Source: Alloascoidea hylecoeti
Lineage: Eukaryota
Length of the DNA stretch: 64,000 nt
Direction: 5' to 3'
Assembly: GCA_001600815.1 (NCBI GenBank)
Contig: BCKZ01000001.1
Location: 1,397,389-1,461,388 of the forward strand
Under the pieces are notes generated by a model. It did not search any database. It saw only the letters and a list, made by a program, of their open reading frames with translations, and was not told the DNA's origin. Made by a program: the position numbers and the translations under genes. Below, in pieces: positions 62,598 to 64,000 of the stretch. Numbering within the stretch: position 1 is the first letter of the stretch; every line of letters begins with the position of its first letter.

Positions 62598-64000
62598 TCA
62601 CGTGCGGCTGTATGTTCGGCCCATCAGAAATCTTATTTGGGACATGTGTTCCACAGCGGCATCCTCAGATTTACCCTCAAGCAGCTGCAGACGGCGGCGG
62701 GTGCCCTCGTCGATTGCCTGTTTCAGTTGCTGCCGTTGCTTATCACTTTTGTGTCCTCGCGATGCGATGTTCCAAACATTAAACAAAACTGATAACAAGA
62801 AGGAAAACTGAACACATTTCGATCCAAAAGAACTTTGATCCATTCTTTTAGGAACACTTTTTAGTAATCCACAAATGTGCTCTACATCTGGATCATATAA
62901 CCATGAAGTGTCTTTTAAAGGATCTGAAAGTAATTCAACTGCTATTTTACCATATATTTCAATCCATTGTTCAATCCACTGTTTTGTTAAACTATGTGTT
63001 GCATCAAATGAGAAAAATTCAATTAATTCTTCAAATGGTATCATATGAGTTTTTAATTGAAAGCAGATTTCTTCAAGAAATTTTTTACTGGAATATTGTC
63101 GATGTTTGAATGTATTCGTAGCTTTCCATATCTACATGCCAAGTTAATCTTAAATAATAGGAAAAAGGGAAATATGTATTATAAAACTTACCAGTTCAAT
63201 ATATCGTTTTCTTAATGACATTGTTTGTTTACCCAACCATATTGTTGTTTCCCTTTTCTCCAATATTTGTAAATTATCAATTTCATTATCATATATTGGT
63301 TCAAATCTTGAACTATTACCTGTATCACTAGAAGCAAATATAAATCTAACACATTCACTTTCCCATCTTGATTCAATAGTGCTTTGCATCTTGATAATCA
63401 AAGCTGATTGTAATATTGATTGCTGCAATTGTTTTGATTTTCCAATTAAATTTGACTGTTTAAAACATATATCCCAATCTTTTTCTAATATTGTTAAACA
63501 AATTTCTAACATTTTCATCCAAATATTCCATCTTTCTAAAATTAATAAATTTTTTGATGCTCCACAACGGAAACTCCATGCTATCATTTTCCAAGGATTT
63601 GAAATCTTATTTCTTAAATATAAAAGGCTTGGAATTTTTCTATTTGTTGACGTATTATCAACTGATATTGCTGCATTTTTATAACGTTGATGTTTATAAA
63701 AAAAACAAAATAATCTTTTAATAACTTTCCTTAAATTTTCAACTGTTGGATTATCGAGTTTAATAACTTTTTTTCTATTTTCATTTTCATTTTCATTTTC
63801 ATTTTCTTCTTCATAAGCTAAATAAACCATCTCATTTATAATTTTAAAACATCTTGAACTTAATTCTTGATCCTTTAAAGGTCTTGCTTTCTTATCAAGT
63901 TTATAAGTTTTATTAATTTTATTTTCTCTCCCTGGTATTACTGCTAAAGTTATCAATAAATCAAGTGCATTTAAAGCAGGTAATTTTATTAAGGGTAAAT
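62598..64000 (-). CDS. Uncharacterised conserved fungal protein, 3' part; intron 63191-63132; 5' end lies outside the window
   Basis: GTAAGT..GATTAAC..TAG joins the two ORFs in frame (RYIEL|IWKATN). Trp-rich block WKMIAWSFRC...ERWNIWMKMLE..LEKDW. Confidence 0.75.

Noticed and set aside
6188..63721. Short antisense or alternative-frame ORFs in the track (e.g. 7706-7915, 17657-18103, 42861-43223, 51571-51930, 61694-62104)
   Set aside because: They are shadows of real genes or AT-rich chance ORFs with no motifs.
1..64000. tRNA, rRNA, snRNA, CRISPR arrays and intact LTR or DNA transposons
   Set aside because: No cloverleaf, rRNA, repeat-spacer, RT/integrase or DDE signature found by eye. A covariance-model scan could still find small RNAs.

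Overview
AT-rich nuclear DNA from a budding yeast (Saccharomycotina-like gene content, CUG read as Leu) that is unusually intron-rich. About 25 protein-coding genes are supported. I reconstructed 29 short spliceosomal introns by eye, and several genes are missing or fragmented in the ORF track (FYV7, SPC3, CYP10/PPIL3, MRPL39, RAD33, ERV25, MMS1). Housekeeping content includes HEX1, ATP1, ATH1, a YIP5-like gene, SPC3, PET309, MEF1, SPT5 and UNG1, plus a divergent FET3/FTR1 iron-uptake pair. Four accessory islands hold degenerate coding relics (about 1.0-3.2, 36-38, 43.7-45.9 and 53.5-59.6 kb). The most interesting items are: (1) an intronless Mug135/Tdk1-like C-terminal-domain gene with an internal duplication, a candidate killer-meiotic-driver-like gene; (2) an MBL-fold lactonase/lactamase; (3) an Ariadne-type RBR ligase copy with a TGA exactly at a conserved Trp; (4) a truncated ASI-like fragment; (5) AAG acceptors in 9 of 29 introns. 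All family calls come from recalled motifs, not database searches.
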